A DNA stretch of 64,000 nt, taken from NCBI GenBank assembly GCA_964187785.1, contig OZ076409.1, positions 41,914,001-41,978,000 of the forward strand. Reading direction: 5' to 3'. Source of the stretch: Amphiscolops sp. MND2022 (lineage: Eukaryota). Positions within the stretch are counted from its first letter, which is position 1. Each line of letters starts with the position of its first letter. Positions 1 to 12,753 of the stretch are shown one piece after another. The translations under genes were made by a program, and so were the position numbers. Below the pieces are notes generated by a model that saw only the letters and a program-made list of their open reading frames with translations, ran no database searches and was not told where the DNA came from.

Positions 1-354
1 TTTGTTGACGGTTTTGACGGTTTTGTAAATGAATTTCACTTTGGAAATGTCTTGTTTTATCAGATATATATCTATTACAATCTTCACACCAAACACGTCG
101 TTGTTCGGTTTTATTTTTATGTTCATCTGAATTTAGATGACTAGACTTACCTGATAAGGGCATATATAAATTACAATTTTTACAATAATATTGCTTAATT
201 TTTTTTGATGACCTATTGAATTTATATGATCGGATTTATAAGCTTTTTTATAATCAGAATTACAGATACTACAATTCTCCATTTCCTTTTATTAAGGAAA
301 AAATAGTTTAATTAAAATTTTTCAATATGTCTTTTTTAAAAAAAATGTTTTTTT

Positions 355-1145
355 TTATTTTTCTCACCTGTGGGTTCAAGATGAAAAAATTTGTTAGGAA
401 CAAAATTTGTTCATATTTTAGATGTCTCCAATTTTATTTACTGACTTTTCACGGTAGGACCAACCAGTCTTGAGAAAAATGCGAAAAACCATATTTTCAC
501 ACCTGTTTTCTCACCTGGTAATCAGTGGGTCCAAGATACAGAAAACTTTCTTCCAGAAAAAAGTTTGTCTTGTTATTGTCTATAACTTTGATTTTCTGCG
601 TCGGCATTGTAGGATGACTCAATTTCGAGAAAATTGAGAAAAACCAATTTTTCACACCTGTTGGGGCAGGTGGTAATCAGTGGGTTTTCAGTAACGAGCT
701 GAATTTTGGTGAGTAGATTTCTTTTCTGATGCACTACATTTTTGTTCCCATGAGTCATCACGCTAAAACTAACGGTTGAGCGAGTTCCTTTGATCTTGCA
801 AGTTTCAAGGTCAACCCTGATCTCAACACCTGTTCGGGTCACATACAAGCTGAGTATACCATAAGAAAGATCATATATGAGAGTGGACCTAATTTACAAC
901 TGTTACTAGTCTTACTCCAACCGTTTTCGTGAAAATTGAGAAAAACCATTTTTTCACACCTGTTAGGGCAGGTGATAATCAGTGGGTCCAAGATACAGAA
1001 AATATTCTTTTTGAAAAAAGTGTATCTTGGTATTGTTTACAATTTTGATCTCCTATGTCATTTCGCTGGGAAGAGTCATTCTCGAGAAATTGGGGAAAAA
1101 CCCTATTTTCACACCTTTTTTGGCACCTGGTAATCAGTGGGTTAC
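355..1145. repeat. Degenerate ~155-bp period repeat (core AAAAACC..TTTTCACACCTG..GGTAATCAGTGGGT), probably internal or subterminal repeats of a non-autonomous DNA transposon
   Basis: Core recurs near 484-540, 638-690, 940-1000 and 1095-1145 (spacings about 155 within each pair), with a partial copy near 360-380. Confidence 0.6.
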
Positions 1146-2108
1146 TTTTAGAGGACACCCTTAAGAACAAATTTTGTGTAATTTTTAATTTTCTACAACT
1201 TTTATTTCTAATGTTTTTCTCAAAAATGATTTCCTGTTGAGATATTGAACAAAAAATGTTTTCCCATGTATTAAGATTAGGTATAATTCACTAAGTCATG
1301 AAATAACTCGCTTGGAATTTATACTCGGTGAAACAAAAAGGCAAACCAAAATTCAAACCAAAACTCAAACCAAAACCAAAATTCAAATAATTTCAGAAAT
1401 TATCAGAATTTCCGATTTGGTTTAAATGCTTTGATCTACTTTCATGTTTCTCGAGTGTGAAATGTCATTTTGTCATCACTGCACACTTCACTGCAAAAAT
1501 GAATTGAATTGCACATGTTACACTTTTAAGCCAGCGTTGCTGTAATTCAATCCAAAAAATTTTTGCTACACAAACTTTCTCTATTACCATAATGGAGGTT
1601 AGTGAATTTTTGCTTCATGACAAAATTGTTTATTAATAAATTTTGCTCATTGATTTTTATTTTGTTAATTTTTAGCTGTGAAAAATGACTAATTTTTAGA
1701 TGGTTTGCCTTGGTTATTTTTTAACAGTTAGTTGTGAAAAAAACGTTGATTTTTTTTAAAAAAATAATAATTAACAATTTTTAAAAAAATATATATTTGA
1801 CTGGCCCGAATCGGGAGTTCGTATACTACTCACAGCACCTTGAGGAGTCTGCATTCCTTCATAATTGCTTTTCCATTTAGGCTTCAAGCAAACTACGAAT
1901 TCATGTCGAACCTGGATAAAGATCGCTAAAGCCATTTAAAAGCGCATTCAAAGAAACAATTAACAAATTTTCATCCAAAAACCACATCTGAAAATTTTGA
2001 TTTAGTTCACGTCTGACCCTTTCCAATCTTTTTAGTCGGTGTTTTTCTAAAAGCAGACTAGGATATTACAATGATTAGTTTTTTTCAGCTCACACTGACA
2101 CGTCCAAT

Positions 2109-2282
2109 TTCATAAATAAATGTACGTTTATAAATTCACGACCCCCAACACTTGACTTGGTTAGCGTGTATAGCAGGGGTTAGCGTGTATAGTAACTACT
2201 ATACACGCTAACCCCTGCTATACACGCTAACCAAGTCAAGTGTCGGGGGTCGTGAATTTATAAACGTACATTTATTTATGAA
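2109..2282. repeat. Near-perfect 174-bp palindrome (86-bp arms, 2-nt loop)
   Basis: TTCATAAATAAATGTACG...GTGTATAGTA-AC-TACTATACAC...CGTACATTTATTTATGAA; the arms are reverse complements with one mismatch (CCCCCAACAC vs GTGTCGGGGG). Confidence 0.95.
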
Positions 2283-2305
2283 TGAAGATTTAATCTTGAT
2301 GATTT

Positions 2306-2375
2306 AATCTTGAAGAACCATACAAATCTGCAGAATCTTTAAAGATTCTGCAGATCTGTATGGTTCTTCAAGATT
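2306..2375. repeat. Near-perfect 70-bp palindrome (35-bp arms, no loop)
   Basis: AATCTTGAAGAACCATACAAATCTGCAGAATCTTT|AAAGATTCTGCAGATCTGTATGGTTCTTCAAGATT; one mismatch. Confidence 0.95.
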
Positions 2376-2480
2376 CCGTGCAACGATCTTTGCAGAACCC
2401 TGCAGAAAAAATCCTGCAGATCTGCACAGTTTTGCAAAGGTCAAAAACCTAGGGTTTGCAAACGTTAAGTAAATTTCATA

Positions 2481-2548
2481 ACAGCGCGGGATTTGAACCC
2501 ATGTACTGCTGGTCCCCTGCTATACACGATAACCACTGGGTCAAGTCT
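2481..2548 (-). mobile_element. tRNA-derived SINE head (Pol III A and B boxes)
   Basis: Minus strand: A-box-like TGACCCAGTGG (2543-2533) and B-box GGTTCAAATCC (2499-2489), 33 nt apart; no full cloverleaf. Confidence 0.55.
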
Positions 2549-5099
2549 ATCTCTTTTGTACAAATCTATCTTTTTTGGCACTGTAACAAGAACACTTGTT
2601 ACAACAAAAAACGTTTGCAATTTTAGGCAACTTCGGATTTCACTTTTAAAATACACTAATTCCGTTTTCGTTCAACGCCTAGGATTGCCCAAAGCTGTCA
2701 AGAAGTTGAAATTTCGCGTTTTTGGAAAGAATTGCTCAACACTGTTGAAAAGTTTTACATTTTTGGGGTAACAAATAAAATTTTGGAGTTAAAATACATT
2801 AATGTTGCTTTTCTTGGATGCAAAAATACACAACGACAAAATTAAAATCCTAACACGTTTTTTTTAGAAAAGGAAGTGTCTGAAAGTGAGCCAAAAGACC
2901 TAAGAATTGTCATTTTTTTCAGTTTTTGTTTTTTGACGCCTTGTTCAAATATACTGAGAAAATTGAATTATTAAAACTTTACATTAACAGTTTCCACGTT
3001 TATTAATAAATTGCAACTTTTTTCTGATACTATGACTAACCAAAAGTTCAACACTGATTAGTGAATTTCAACACTTTATTCACCATTCTTTAGAATCTTG
3101 ACCAGATTTCCAAAAGTCATTGAGTTTTTTCGAAATCCTTCATCTAAGATTGAGTTGTTGAACGCTGGGTTCACTTGGAATCTTTTTAATCTTGAAAAGG
3201 TCAAACTTCAATGTATACAGGTAGCGGAGAGAACAAGCCATTAGAGTGTGAAGCTCACGTGTAGAAATGGCATGCTAATCGTATCTCGAGGCCACATCTA
3301 GAGATAACATCTGACAAAGCTTGAACTTGTCATGAATCGAGATGCGTTTTGAAATGAGAGATGTTATAATAGACTGTTTTCTTACATTTTGATAGAGTTT
3401 TGTCCATAATTTCTGTTGATACCTCCGTTTATAATTTATAACACCGCCATGTAGTGTCTGGCGATAAAAAATGAGATCCACATTTTGTCAATTCAGACAA
3501 GGATCTTGATTTCAAAGGTATATTTGTCTTGTTTTAGCACCAAAATTGACAGCAGTGGAATTATTTAAAGTTGCGTCTCTCGTTGCTGAAATAATTCCCA
3601 GTCTATGATCTCTATTATTACCCTCTTTCAAGTCTTTTTGGATAATCTTTATACACGAAGGGGCCTTTAAGCCATGAGGATTGCCAACTGCAATGACAAA
3701 TGCAATTCGACCTCAGGATAAAAGCCAGCAAGCTCTTTTAATTAAACGAGAATGCGCCTTTGCCCCCTTTGTGCCGTTTCGTGTAATTATCAAGAACTGA
3801 CTAGAACGTTGCGTTTGAAAAAGCGGGTTGTTCAAAAAGATGACAAAGTGGTTGACATGCTATTGTAAATTACAAAAACCCTATGGCCAAATTATAAGGA
3901 GAACTTGCGCTTACATTAGACATGAAATTATGAAGGATGTGGGGGGCGTTACGGCCTGAAAATAAAATCACGCAAATCAAAAGAAAGATTTCATGCAAGT
4001 CGGATTTTGAACATCAAATCAACTGTTCAGATACAGAAACGGGAGCCAATTTGTTGCTGAATAGCGTTCTATATAGTTTCAGGTACGTTATTAAATGGAA
4101 ATTTCATTTTTCTGTGGAGGAATGCTGACAATTTAGAGAAAATGTGTGTCTTAAGGAAATATTAAAATTGTTCAGGTTAGTCCTTGAAGGTGACAATTCA
4201 ACACACAGTAGCTAAAGCAGATCTGATTTGATTTTTTTGCTTGATTTGCTCCTTTGCCTTTTTCCTTTGCCGTTTCCAAAATGAAATTTTGTAGGAACCT
4301 GAACATAATAATAATTCAATTTATCAGAGGGCATGAATTACAGACAAAATACTAAATTAAACATAACGAATTTACAATGCAGCCCCTGAAAAGGACACCT
4401 AAAAGCACTTGGCTTTTAAAAGAGATCTATATCATTGGAACAAAAAAATTATTCTTTTGTGCGTGTGGTAGAGATTTCACATGTAGTTTTCATTTTTACT
4501 CACTTGAATTGAGTTTGATCAGTTCTTTCTATCCGGACATATCAATTTTTGAAAGTTCAAGAACGTTCTACTAACAGTATTAAACGTCTAATTTTCTCCT
4601 TGCGGAGCCTATTTTCTCCCTCTAAAGTAGCTTTAGATCGAGTTTTTGTTAACAAAACCGGTAGTTTATTAGCTGCCATGGAGATGTATAGGTCAGTTCA
4701 AAAACTCTTTCAGAGGTTTCCTCGTACCCTTTCATAGTCAGCAAAAAATTCATGATTTTTTTTTGAAAAATTGGATCGTGTGATAAAGTAAACGACAAAC
4801 ACAGAGGTTTCAGTTACTTGTAGATAAGCTTCCTAAGTTCCCTATTTCCAAAAATATAGAAACCCGATGTTTGGTGATAGCATCTTTCAAGTTGCTTATC
4901 ATCCACTTCACATATCAACTTATCAGAAGGTAATACACGCCATTCATGTAGTGCGTTCAGAATTATTACTCGAGCATCCAGCATATCATTTTTTTCCGAA
5001 AAGATACAAATATTAAAACTTACATAGCTTGTTTGTCTCTGTTGGATTTGCAATGGTAAGATTCTGGAAACCATTTCTGATTTCAGTCAATGAAAACCT

Positions 5100-8000
5100 A
5101 AATAGTTCATAGTTACGATGTTCGAATACAGTTCCAATTTTTTCCAGTTTTTTGAATTTTCCAAGAACGATGGCCTAAGGGGAAGCCGTAAGGCTATTCG
5201 AAATAGTGTTTTTGGGTTAGTTGGATTTTCTGTTGCTTTTTTTTGCTCCCAATCCGTACAGAAGAACGCCATAACGAACTATCTGTGATACAAAAAATCG
5301 AATATACTGTACTAATTGGTCTTTGTTTAATGTTTCCCTCAGTTTGTACTGTGTGCCGTAATGTTGTCCTAGCTTTCAGACATTTTTATGATGTGTCACA
5401 AAATTCAATTTTTTTCAAATTGTAAGCACACGTATTTGTAATTTTCACAGGAGGAAATTTAATAGTCACCAATTGCAATGTTTGAATGTTAACCTTTCTC
5501 TTGTCAAAAACGGTAAGCTTATTTTTCATGTAGTTACAATCTACGCCGTTACTAGACATGGAGCGCTCATGCATTTTTCCATTCTCAGATTTATGGTCTA
5601 GCTTTTTTTGATCAAAACTTTATCATCTGCGTATTTTATAGTTTCACTCTGCCAATTTTCGTCTGCACCGAGATCATCAATATAAAAAGGATTAATAAGG
5701 GACCTAGTATTGATTCTTCCGGGACACCGCGTTTGATTGATTTATAGCTGAACATTTATCATCTACTCTCACATATAGAAACCTCTCAGCTAAGTAGTTT
5801 GCTGCTAGTTTACGGGAAGTACCTCTAACACCAAAATGGTTTAATTTTTGTGATAAAACAACGTCATCAACTCAGTCGAACGTTTTTCTGAAGTCAACAC
5901 AAATACAGCTTGTTTTCCTTTTGGCTTCCCATTTTGCTGGTATTTGTTTCCATAGAAAGGTTGCTGCTTGTATTGAATTTTTTTTTCCGAATCAGCACTG
6001 ATGGTCTGAAAGAATTGAAAGTTTTTCAAGATAGTTCATCAGTCTTTTTATGTCTTATTTTCTCAAACATCTTTGAGAGAGTTCGTTTCCTAAATTGAAA
6101 TTGTTCTGTAGTTCGAGATCAGTTTTAATCACTTGCTTTGAAAATTGGAACAATTTTAGCTCTTATCAAACTTCTGCTATGCTATTATTGAATGCAGTTT
6201 TCAAAAATGTACTTATGATTGGAGCAGCCTTTTTCCACATCGTTGAACTTATACCATCGAATCCTACAAAGTTTCTGTTTTTCAATGTCGCATTCATATT
6301 AGCTATTTCAATTTCTGTAAGTCGATAATAGAAAGTGTTTCTGATTGATACTCGTATTCTTTTACATATTTGCTGCTAACCGGAGTGATTTTTTGTTGAT
6401 CGCAAGCAGTGATGAAATAATTGTTGAAATCATCTCCAGAGAGTTCACTGGAAAATTTCACTTGGCTGTTTTCTCTTTCTTTTATGCTTTTAACATATAT
6501 GATTAGTTCCTTTGGTCTTCTTCGACCAATTTGTGATTGAACATCATTTCCTTTCGCTTTTTTTGACGTTAACCTCGTTATGTTTCTTTTTGTATTTCTC
6601 AATTTGTTTTGATCCATAAATGATAAAGTTTCACTTTGATAGCGATATGTCTCTTATTTCGATTTTTATCCCAAGACATTTTGGGTTCACGTCTTCATTT
6701 TTTATGCAGGTGTAACACGTTAACAAATTTTACCCAAAAAAAGACCTAGAAAAAATAATTTTTCACTATACAGTGGATCTTCTAATTTTTGCAAGGCTCT
6801 AAACTCAAAAATTGTTTCCACTATCTCCAAGTTCAAATTCAAATCCATTTTTAGGCTGTAATGATCAGAAAAAATTGTTTCTACTATCTGTGGTCTCTGA
6901 ACCAAAAATCACTGTAAATAGCATTTATACACGTGCTTGATGCAGTTGTTCCTCTGGGGAATCCCCAGGACTCACTAAATCAAATCCTTTTGAGTTCACC
7001 ATGTTCTGGAACGATACACGCGCTCCAGCATTTTCATTTAATATGTCAGTCAGTATTGAAGTCCCGCATACAATCTGCAAGTCTTTACCATTTTTGTCAA
7101 GCACTTCTTTAACGTGCTCCAAATAAGTATTTTTGTGTCTGAAGGTTCGCAATAAAAACCAGATACTCTGATTTTTTTTGGCATTATTTATTTTTACAGA
7201 GACTGACTCGTAATATTCATTACGAATTAGTTCTGCTTCAAGGTCTAGTGTTACGTATATTGCTACTCCACCGCCTCGTTTTTGAGTTCTAGTAGTAGTA
7301 AATGGTTGGTGATAGCCTTCAACGCCAAATAGTTCATCATCGTGTTTGCTCTTAAACCACGTTTTGGTGAGGGCAATAACTGAAAGCATTAATTCATAAA
7401 CCCAAGTTCCAGGTGACCCAAGTTTACTGATCTAATGTCATTGTAAAAAAATTGTAATTTTCCCAACCACACAATTGAATTTTTGATTGTTGTTCATCGT
7501 ATAAGTGAACCCCAGTGTGAAAACGTTGTTTAAAATGAACGTTTACTTTACAAATGTTTTGAACTCAATTTGACTGGCTTTTTCAAGGATGATGAAGATG
7601 ATCGTAGGTTGAGTCGTTTGGCCTCTGGACTACAAGGTTTAATTATTTTGTTTTAACCAGATATTTTTTATCTTTCGTTTATTCACGTAGTCAACATTTT
7701 TATCCATTTGAATCATTTGTCTGTGGGGTTCGTTCATCGCTGTTGTTTCTTGCTACTGGGAATACCTTCAGTTTTTTATTCACCGCAATTGGTAGACGAT
7801 TATAATCAATTGTTTTTCTGCTTTTTACATCAATGTTCTCGCGAATTCCATCTTTTTTAACAAATAACAGAACCTGAGAGTTTTGTGTTCTGGTCACCAT
7901 ATTTTGTTCATTTGCATATACTTGTAACTCTTTGTCCCTTTGTGGAATCTTTCCTTTATGAATATTTGTTTTCCATTCATCCAATTTTTAACACCAATCA

Positions 8001-8440
8001 TCACGTTTTTCGGCCATAAGTTTCATTCTTTTCATGAAAGTAGATAAATTTGACTATGACTCAGATTCTGTCCGCGCCCAACAAGGGGTTGTTCAATTGT
8101 CCGCGCCCAAGAACATGACACGTTTTGAAATTGCCTGGATTTGTTGGAAAACTTAGGTACTCACCGAGGAAGCTGGTAACAAATTCAGTTACAGACTGCT
8201 TATCGTCCCATGGTAAATCTCAAAAATCAATAAGTCTTGTTTACCTTTGTTGTATGGTAATTCGTTCCTCAGTTCATAAAGTTCTTTGGTTTTTGCTGCA
8301 TTTTATTGTTACAAAACCTCAATAAGTTTTTTGTAGCGGCATCTTCGATTTCAGACAAGGCAGTTTCAAGGTTTATATTTGCCATTACGTAATAATTGTA
8401 TCAAAAGCGAACGTTCAAAAACGACCGACTGTACTCTACG
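5100..8440 (-). mobile_element. Decayed non-LTR retrotransposon (CR1/L2-like LINE): ORF1 remnant plus APE endonuclease and RT fragments
   Basis: Minus strand: ORF1-like remnant from ATG 8385 (DLPWDDK..FKTCHVLG..VIVKF); endonuclease motifs VIALTKTW, RGGGVAIYV (ORF 6925-7389) and FSDH (6720-6905); RT motifs GVPEESILGP (~5700-5730) and YADD (5633-5622); many stops and frameshifts. Ends approximate. Confidence 0.88.
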
Positions 8441-9024
8441 TGTTCATGTATGTTTGTGAACATAAATTTCCAAGGGAATTATTATGATTTTGCTTTTATC
8501 AGCTTTCAAAAGAAATGTTTTTCATTTCAATTCGTTTTTGAAAAAGCAATAAATTTTTGTGGGTAATCAGATACAATACCTCAACTTCTAGATCATCCTA
8601 AATGGGAGCTACTGTTATAATATGCCATTATATCAAAATCTGTGATTAATATGCTTTTTAACCATTCAATTATTTCTACCATCTCAAATAGTTTGTTAAT
8701 GTTTAATGTTTGGAAGTATTATGGGATGTTGTTGAGGCACATTAGCTTCAAACCCTTATTGGCGCTCTCTTCATCAGAAGTTCTTGTCGCGTGTTTGTTA
8801 ACAAGACTCACAATTAGCTATTGTTCCAAATTATACATACGTACCTTGAATGAGCAAAACTTTATCCGTAAACTTAAGTTTAATTGAAATCAGTTTATTC
8901 AACCCTTAGCTCATAGTTGAAGTTCGTATCACCAAGAGGAAAATTTTGGAAATAAAGACAAATTTGCATCTTGGTATTCAAATCTGTGTATATCAAACTG
9001 ACTGGGTTCTCGCGTGTGTTTCAG

Positions 9025-9178
9025 TATCTTACTGCCAAGAACGAGACGGACAATTTGCTAGTGTGTAACAAGGATACAGAATGGAGCTGTCCAGGGGTGC
9101 ATCAGTGCATACCCATCGAGTGGAGATGTAACCGCAACAAAGACTGTATGAACGGAGCCGACGAGGAAAATTGCGCAG
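9025..9178 (+). CDS. Host gene exon: LDLa module 1 of a multi-LDLa extracellular or receptor protein
   Basis: Acceptor TTTCAG|TAT (phase 0), donor GCAG|GTCGGT (phase 1); encodes [51 protein letters not shown] with 6 Cys and a DCxxGxDE motif; GC-richer than the flanks. Confidence 0.9.
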
Positions 9179-10716
9179 GTCGGTTACTCCATCTCTTTTC
9201 GTTAACTCATCAATGTGATCAGGTAGTTGTCATTTTTCGTTCTCTTAAAAAACGAAAACCTTTGGTTTTAGCCGCGGACCTTTTTGAAATTCTTTTCATG
9301 ACTTCACTTCAATTTATATGCCACATGGCCTGGAGGTTAACGCTGAGATTTCCTCCATTCGAGTCACGAGCTAAGCCAAAAATTTCTTATGCTTGCAAAG
9401 GCTGAGGAAAGACCAAAGAGTCCTCACCTTTCGGTTTTTTGGCGACTTTATTTCTGATTTTTAAAAACTGAAAACCCCTCCTTTCATTTTATGCAGAAGC
9501 AAAGCGTTTCGCGAGCATAGAGGGCTACTTTATGCAATTTAAGAATTTTTACACAATTTTTACAAACAGTAAAAGAAAACCGTTTTCCGAGTCTTAAGTG
9601 GGTGACCTATTTGTTTATTTTTTGGTCCTGTAGAACTGATGAGAGATTCGTCAATAATTGTGGAAAAATCTACGGTTTTTTGGCACTATGCAACTTTCCG
9701 AGGAGTTTTTCGTCGAAAAAGATAAGAAAAATCTTTCCGAAAAACTCTTCTGACACAGTTTTTGATTTTTTGTGATTTCCTTCTAAACCAATTCCCAAGA
9801 TTTGAAGGTGGCCTTTTCTCGTACTAAAAACTTTCAGAGAAAATCGCAGTCTTGATTTTGAGTTTCTTTGAAAAAAAGTCTTCACACTGAAAGGTCACCC
9901 CTTTCAAACTTCTCAATTGAAATCTAGAAAGATTCTTCTACAGAAGCCCCTTAAATTATTTACGCAACTTTCAATGAGAAACTTGGTCGAATAAAAGCGA
10001 GATTCAAAAAGGAATGTTACCTTCTTGGAACACGAACAATTCCTTTTTTAAAAAAAATTTTACCTAATTTAAATGTTTCACAATTCTGTAGATCATGAAA
10101 ACGACAAAGTTTTCTGATACTGAAACAATTGGTATGAAATTCATGCACGAAAAGATTTGAGCTGATGTCCTTTTTCGAAAATTTTGAAGAACAATTTAGA
10201 AAGCTGTCGTTATTTCTGCCGTCAGTTCTAATTTGCGTTGTCAATACAATGTATGTAATATTGTTTCGTGTTATCCACACAGGCGTAAAATGAGGTAGAA
10301 AACCAAATTAGGACAAAAAAGACCTGAAAACGAAAATTCTTACAAAAAGTTATCAGTTTTCAGTAGAATTAGAATTTTTTCAGATGACTGGCGCGCTGAA
10401 GTCTTTGAGACTTCATTCGACTGACATCTGAGACAAGCAAATAACACCTTTTTCTGATCAGTTGCGCCATACTCCGCCATGGTGAAATAAATTAATAAAG
10501 AAGTTCATATGAAATGAAGGCAATGGCCTGTAACTTCTTCGTTCCATCGACAGTAACCTAACGTCTTATTATATTGTCTCTTTTTTCGCCAATTTTTTGT
10601 CTTCAATGCGTCCAACCAGTGTTCCTAATCTGCGGTTTGAATTCCAAAATGTCAATATTCATTAACTGGAGTCAACTGGTTTAATTTGCAGACTTGATAA
10701 ACCTGCTTTCATAATA

Positions 10717-10738
10717 AATAGAGACAATTGTCTCTATT
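10717..10738. repeat. Perfect 22-bp palindrome
   Basis: AATAGAGACAATTGTCTCTATT, followed by a short tandem copy GTCTCTAT. Confidence 0.85.
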
Positions 10739-12009
10739 GTCTCTATCAAAAAAATCGCGCCAATGGCAATCGCAACAAACTATTTTACCTACTCCAGGAC
10801 AACGCTCGCTGCGTCAACTCTGACCTAAGATCATGTTACTTTTTTTCCGCCTTTGTTAAATCAAATTCAAAAAGCAAGTCTGTAAAAGATTTTTTGAACA
10901 GACATGTATTGTTTAGAGGACAAATTTTCGAACTGAATTTTCTCTCTGATGGTGTAGGATTATAGGCACTATAGACTAGTTTCGAGTACAAGTATTACGT
11001 AATTATGCTATCAAGTATTACGTAATACTTCAGTACATTTCGTAATTTAATTAGATCAGCCAAATTACGTATTATCTCAAATTTCTATCTCGAATGAGTT
11101 CTCCAAAGCTCGTAAGAATTAGGGCAAACTTGATGCTCGTTTTACATTATACCTCCACATAGTTTTACAATAATTCTGGCAAACGAATTTCTCAAATGAT
11201 TACGCAATTCGTTAAAATATTTCCTTTTTTGTCGGTGAAATTTTTCTATGTTGTCGAAAAAAGTAATTGAACATGTAGAAAAAATGGTTATGAATTTTTT
11301 ATGCACAGAATGAGAAAATAGTAGATTTTAAATTTCAATTGATTTCTACGATTCGCTTTTGCTAAACCCCATGTAATTTGACGAAAAGAATTAATAGGGA
11401 ATTAATAACCCATTCGGACCTCACGCACGATCATTTTTATTTGTTGAAGGGATTTTGAATTTTTTGGATGAATCTTCATTTTTGAATGAATGAATATACA
11501 TGCAGTTAGCATGATACCTCATGGGAACACCGGAAAGTAGATTTGTATCAAAAACCCAATCACACTGTTGAAACAGTTCATAATTTCAACATTACGAATT
11601 TTGGTATCAAATAGTTTGTTCTAAGGTGGCATACATTTTTGTTACCATCGCCTCCAAAATGCCGTACTTGAAAAAAACAATGGAGCTCCTTTTATATTCG
11701 GAAATTCATAACAACAGTTGTTGGTTGCAATTTTAGGGCTTGCGTATATTAAAGGGCAATTGCTCCCAAGTCAACAATTTTCAGACCAAAATCCAACAAG
11801 TTTGAATTTTCATCTCATTCCGAATTCTAGCTTTGTGGTACAAAAAACGCAGCAGACGGATAAAATAAAAAGACGAACAGCGACAGGCAAAACCAGACCT
11901 TTGCGATCTTGTCTTGATCGAGGCACTTCGGAACCACAACTTGAAGCCGATCACTGATTGACCACTTAGTTGCACACATGCAGCTTGATATGTACAAATA
12001 GTATCTGAA

Positions 12010-12530
12010 ACAAGCCGGGAACGGCCTAAGTCGGTACCCTATCTAAAGCTCACAAATAGCAAAAGGACTTCAATGTGTCAAGTATTCTCTTCTACAGTAC
12101 CCGCGTGAGGAAAAAATTGAAAAAAAAATCCGAATTTTTTGATTTTTTTTTCGATTTTTTTTTCGAAAATTTTTGGTCTCCGGTAAGTCACATAGTGCCG
12201 AAAAATGTAAAAGGGGGGCCCTTGGGAGTTTTTGAACATCCATTCTTTTGCAAAATAGAAAAAAAATGAAGGGGGGCCTTTGGAGACATTTTAAAAAATT
12301 GCAAAAGAAAGTCTCACAAAGCCGGAAAAAATCTGCACAAAAATTTTTTGGTCATGTGCGGGACTCGAACCCACGTCCTTCTGCTTGGCAGACATCAAAA
12401 ACTATCCTAATTAACCTCTATGCTAAATGACAGTAGAAGTTACAAGTGTGGCAGTTAGTGGCTTATAAATGAAATCTGTCACTTCGTTGGTCTTAAAAAA
12501 AACAAAAGGCACTACGTAAAGCGCCGACTA
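12010..12530 (-). mobile_element. Non-autonomous Helentron/DINE-1-like element (HINE), copy 1
   Basis: On the + strand it begins ACAAG-CCGGGAACGGC (stem-loop)-..AGTCGG and ends GCGCCGACTA (subterminal inverted repeat); A-rich flanks on + (TT on the element strand); highly similar to 34669-35181. Confidence 0.75.
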
Positions 12531-12575
12531 AAAAGCATCGACTTAGAAACACAGGTCTGGACTTGGAAACATGAG

Positions 12576-12753
<178 letters not shown>

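Noticed and set aside
4070..4185. AG|GT recursive-splice-like sites (TTTCAGGTACG, TTCAGGTTAGT)
   Set aside because: Short motifs expected by chance in AT-rich DNA; weak pyrimidine tracts and no expression data.
8971..9405. ORFs 8971-9405, 48237-48473 and 59591-59938 as standalone single-exon genes
   Set aside because: Protein-like sequence stops exactly at canonical splice sites; the rest is intron read-through.
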